Shown here: positions 61,561-64,000 of the stretch, one piece after another
Numbering within the stretch: the stretch's first letter is position 1
Layout: every line of letters begins with the position of its first letter
Assembly (NCBI GenBank): GCA_011109175.1
Contig: RDEW01000002.1
Location: forward strand, 136,299 to 200,298
Reading direction: 5' to 3'
DNA from: Dicyema japonicum
Taxonomy: Eukaryota; Animalia; Dicyemida
Length of the DNA: 64,000 nt
Program-made: the position numbers and the translations under genes
Notes under the pieces: model-generated
What the model was told of the DNA's origin: nothing
Database searches by the model: none
What the model saw: the letters and a program-made list of their open reading frames with translations, nothing else

Positions 61561-62892
61561 GATCTGTATTAGAATAAAAAATATATGACACAGAACTTTG
61601 CCCAAATCCCGCTTTTCACGAAATCAAATCAATCAATCAAAAGAAATCATTTCATGAAATAAGAAAGAAAACTCATTTCCATACCCAAAAATAAAGAAGT
61701 ACAATTTAAGTGATTGGTTTTAGTCTTGCAATATGTAAAAATTAGCTGGTATAAAGCCGCCTAGCTATTTTCAAAACTTTAACAGCTACAAGCAACTCCC
61801 AATTGGTTAGGGTTACATTGGGGATTATCGATTTCGAGAATTTATCTCTTCTTGATATTTTACTGATAGTTGCTCTTGCTGATGATTCCTATGACTATTC
61901 GATCAAATGAGTTTCCCGTTATCTAAAATATCGATATAATGTTATAGCAAGAATTCCACGAATGCTACTTGTGAAAATTCGCTAAACTGAGTCATCAGTC
62001 TCATAGGTGAATAATAAAAAGTGAGTCACAAGTCATTCTCTTTACATGTTGTAGCCACACATGCATACACTCACATATTTTTAAATCATTCGGAACCTGA
62101 CAGATGATCAGTTCTTCATTTTTACAAAAACGTTATTGATCCCGATATTGGGTGTATCTGACAGATTGTATGCACAGAACATCTGGGTTTCTATGTCTCC
62201 TAAATCAGCTTTAACTAAGAATGCATTTAACTAACTTTCATGGGATGAGTTCAGGTCGTCAGCGGATTTCAATTTTTTACGCTTTTCAAGTCCTTTTGTA
62301 GGATGACTGCCAAGGTTATCCAGGCCTTCCACGGAAACTGCCCTCTTAGCAAACATAGTAGTATTCCATATATATGTTCGGCGCGGTTGCCAACTCCATC
62401 ATCAGGATGCCCACGAATAGTCTCTCAGCGAGACTCCATTATCTCCAGAATATTGGCTTACAACCGTATTTCTAGTAAAATCCTTTGCATGATATACTGA
62501 GGATGACAAAAAGCGGCAAAATAAAAATAATTAAATATAAAATATTTAATTTTATATGAATTTAAAAATAATTTAAATAATAAAATAATTTATTTGTAAT
62601 TGATTATCACTTTGGTTTGGCATTTCCACTTTAAAAAAATATTTTTCACATATTTTGCAATAAATAGTTATTTTTATTTATTTTTTAATAAATAGTTTTT
62701 ATTAAATAATTTTTAGCCAAAAATTAATAAAAAGAATAAATTTTAACCTAAAAACAAATCAGGTTAAAGTATTTATTTATTTTAGTTTTGCCGCCCAAAG
62801 TGACAAAATTAACAAAAAGCGTATCAAACTGTTTTTTCAAACGTTTCCGCATAATTAAATTACTATCAATTTGAAATTCAAATTAGTAGTTA

Positions 62893-64000
62893 ATGAAATC
62901 AATATCTGATGCCATTGATGACGCCATCAAGGAATCAAATGAAGACTACCTGACAGGATCGGTCGTCATTTACGCCCAAAAGTCATTAAGGCCTGGTTTG
63001 ACCTAATTAATGGAATTTAGACAAAATGATGAGATTGTCTCTTTCAGGAAGAGCATTAACTCCTTAGGGGACCTATCCCGTCTGAGTAAAATCGAACACA
63101 TCAGAGAATTAGATTTAAGTGGAAACCACGTGGAGACATGGGCTGATGTCTTGTTCTAGAATCATTCGTAGATCTCCCTGATTCTTGGCAAGCTTCATAA
63201 ACTCAAATTTTTGGACCTGAGCTTCAATCCTCTACATTCTGCTAAGGACGTCGATCATATCCGGCAAATGGACTCCCACTTTTGCCTTACTGAGCTTGTA
63301 TTGAACAAAACCTATGTCCCCACCGTTTTGGTAGTTCAGGAACTTCTCGAAAAACTCCCAAAGTAACTTGGAAGGTAATTTCAGCTTAGCGAAATTATGG
63401 CTTGTTTGAATGACTACAAATGCCTAATCGAGAATGAAAAGAAGGCCAAACTCTTCCCTTCAATAAAAGAGCTCCACATGGCGGGAAATAACATAAAGGA
63501 CTCCGAGGACTTGAACAAGTTTTGCTCTCTTTTTCCGGATCTTCAATATCTGTCAATACGAGAAAATCCTGTGAGTGAACTGAAGGGGTTAAAGGCTACC
63601 TCCCAAAGCTTCAAGGAATCAACCTTTGTGACACATTTATAACTGATTGGAGCCAATTGACCCACTTGACAGATTCCCTCGTTTATCGGAGTTCCAATTA
63701 CTCAGGATTCCTTTTATCGAGGTTCGTGGTGTTAAGATTTCAGAAATTGCATGATAAAGATCGTCGGAACCTGCTGATTTCTTACCTTCCGGGTCTCAAA
63801 GTCCTCAACAAAACCCCAGTCACTGCTAAGGAACGGGAGAGAGCTGAAAGAGCTTTTATCAGATTTTATATGAACTCCAATGATAAGCCTTCTAGATTTT
63901 ACGAACTGAAAAAAGTTCATGGAGAGTTGAGTCCGCTAGTGGACGTTGATCTTACTCCCCCAAAAGTTGTTTCCGTGGAGTTGCAATGTGACGGATTCAC
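62893..64000 (+). CDS. TBCEL: Tubulin-specific chaperone cofactor E-like protein (3' end outside window)
   Basis: LRRs ELDLSGN, FLDLSFNPL, CLNDY; ERERAERAFIRFY, GELSPLVDVDLTP. Confidence 0.88.

Noticed and set aside
62290-62510. CK1/VRK-like kinase fragment (LLRGQFPW) on minus
   Set aside because: Single short motif amid stops; no other kinase motifs.
1-64000. Alternative genetic code or ciliate origin suggested by tiny introns
   Set aside because: Conserved genes splice into open frames with the standard code and end at TAA, TAG or TGA.

Overview
AT-rich eukaryotic DNA with tiny spliceosomal introns (mostly 20-29 nt). TSC22, TBCEL and BET genes indicate a metazoan, and the compaction suggests a reduced parasite such as a myxozoan or dicyemid (inference only). 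Hand-spliced genes: LAMP-like protein, acetyl-CoA synthetase, MFSD1, SCO1/2, UNG, a TSC22-domain protein, AP-1 sigma, a WIPI/PROPPIN, PSMD12 and TBCEL (runs off the end). The dominant structure is a 16.6-kb head-to-tail array of four ~4.16-kb units (18561-35216), each carrying a compact, divergent BET double-bromodomain gene. Intergenic DNA is full of retroelement debris. This includes (1) an Ingi/Vingi-like APE-RT LINE with 2A-like relics, (2) a ~330-bp non-autonomous element built from that LINE's 5' and 3' ends, containing a covarying HDV-ribozyme-like pseudoknot, (3) many CRE-type tails, (4) RTE and R4-like fragments, (5) a hAT transposase remnant, and (6) a TG..CA TIR element with a 6-bp TSD. 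One-base homopolymer deletions in conserved genes suggest assembly indel errors, so single frameshifts are not treated as proof of pseudogenes. All homology calls are from motif recognition by eye; no searches were run.
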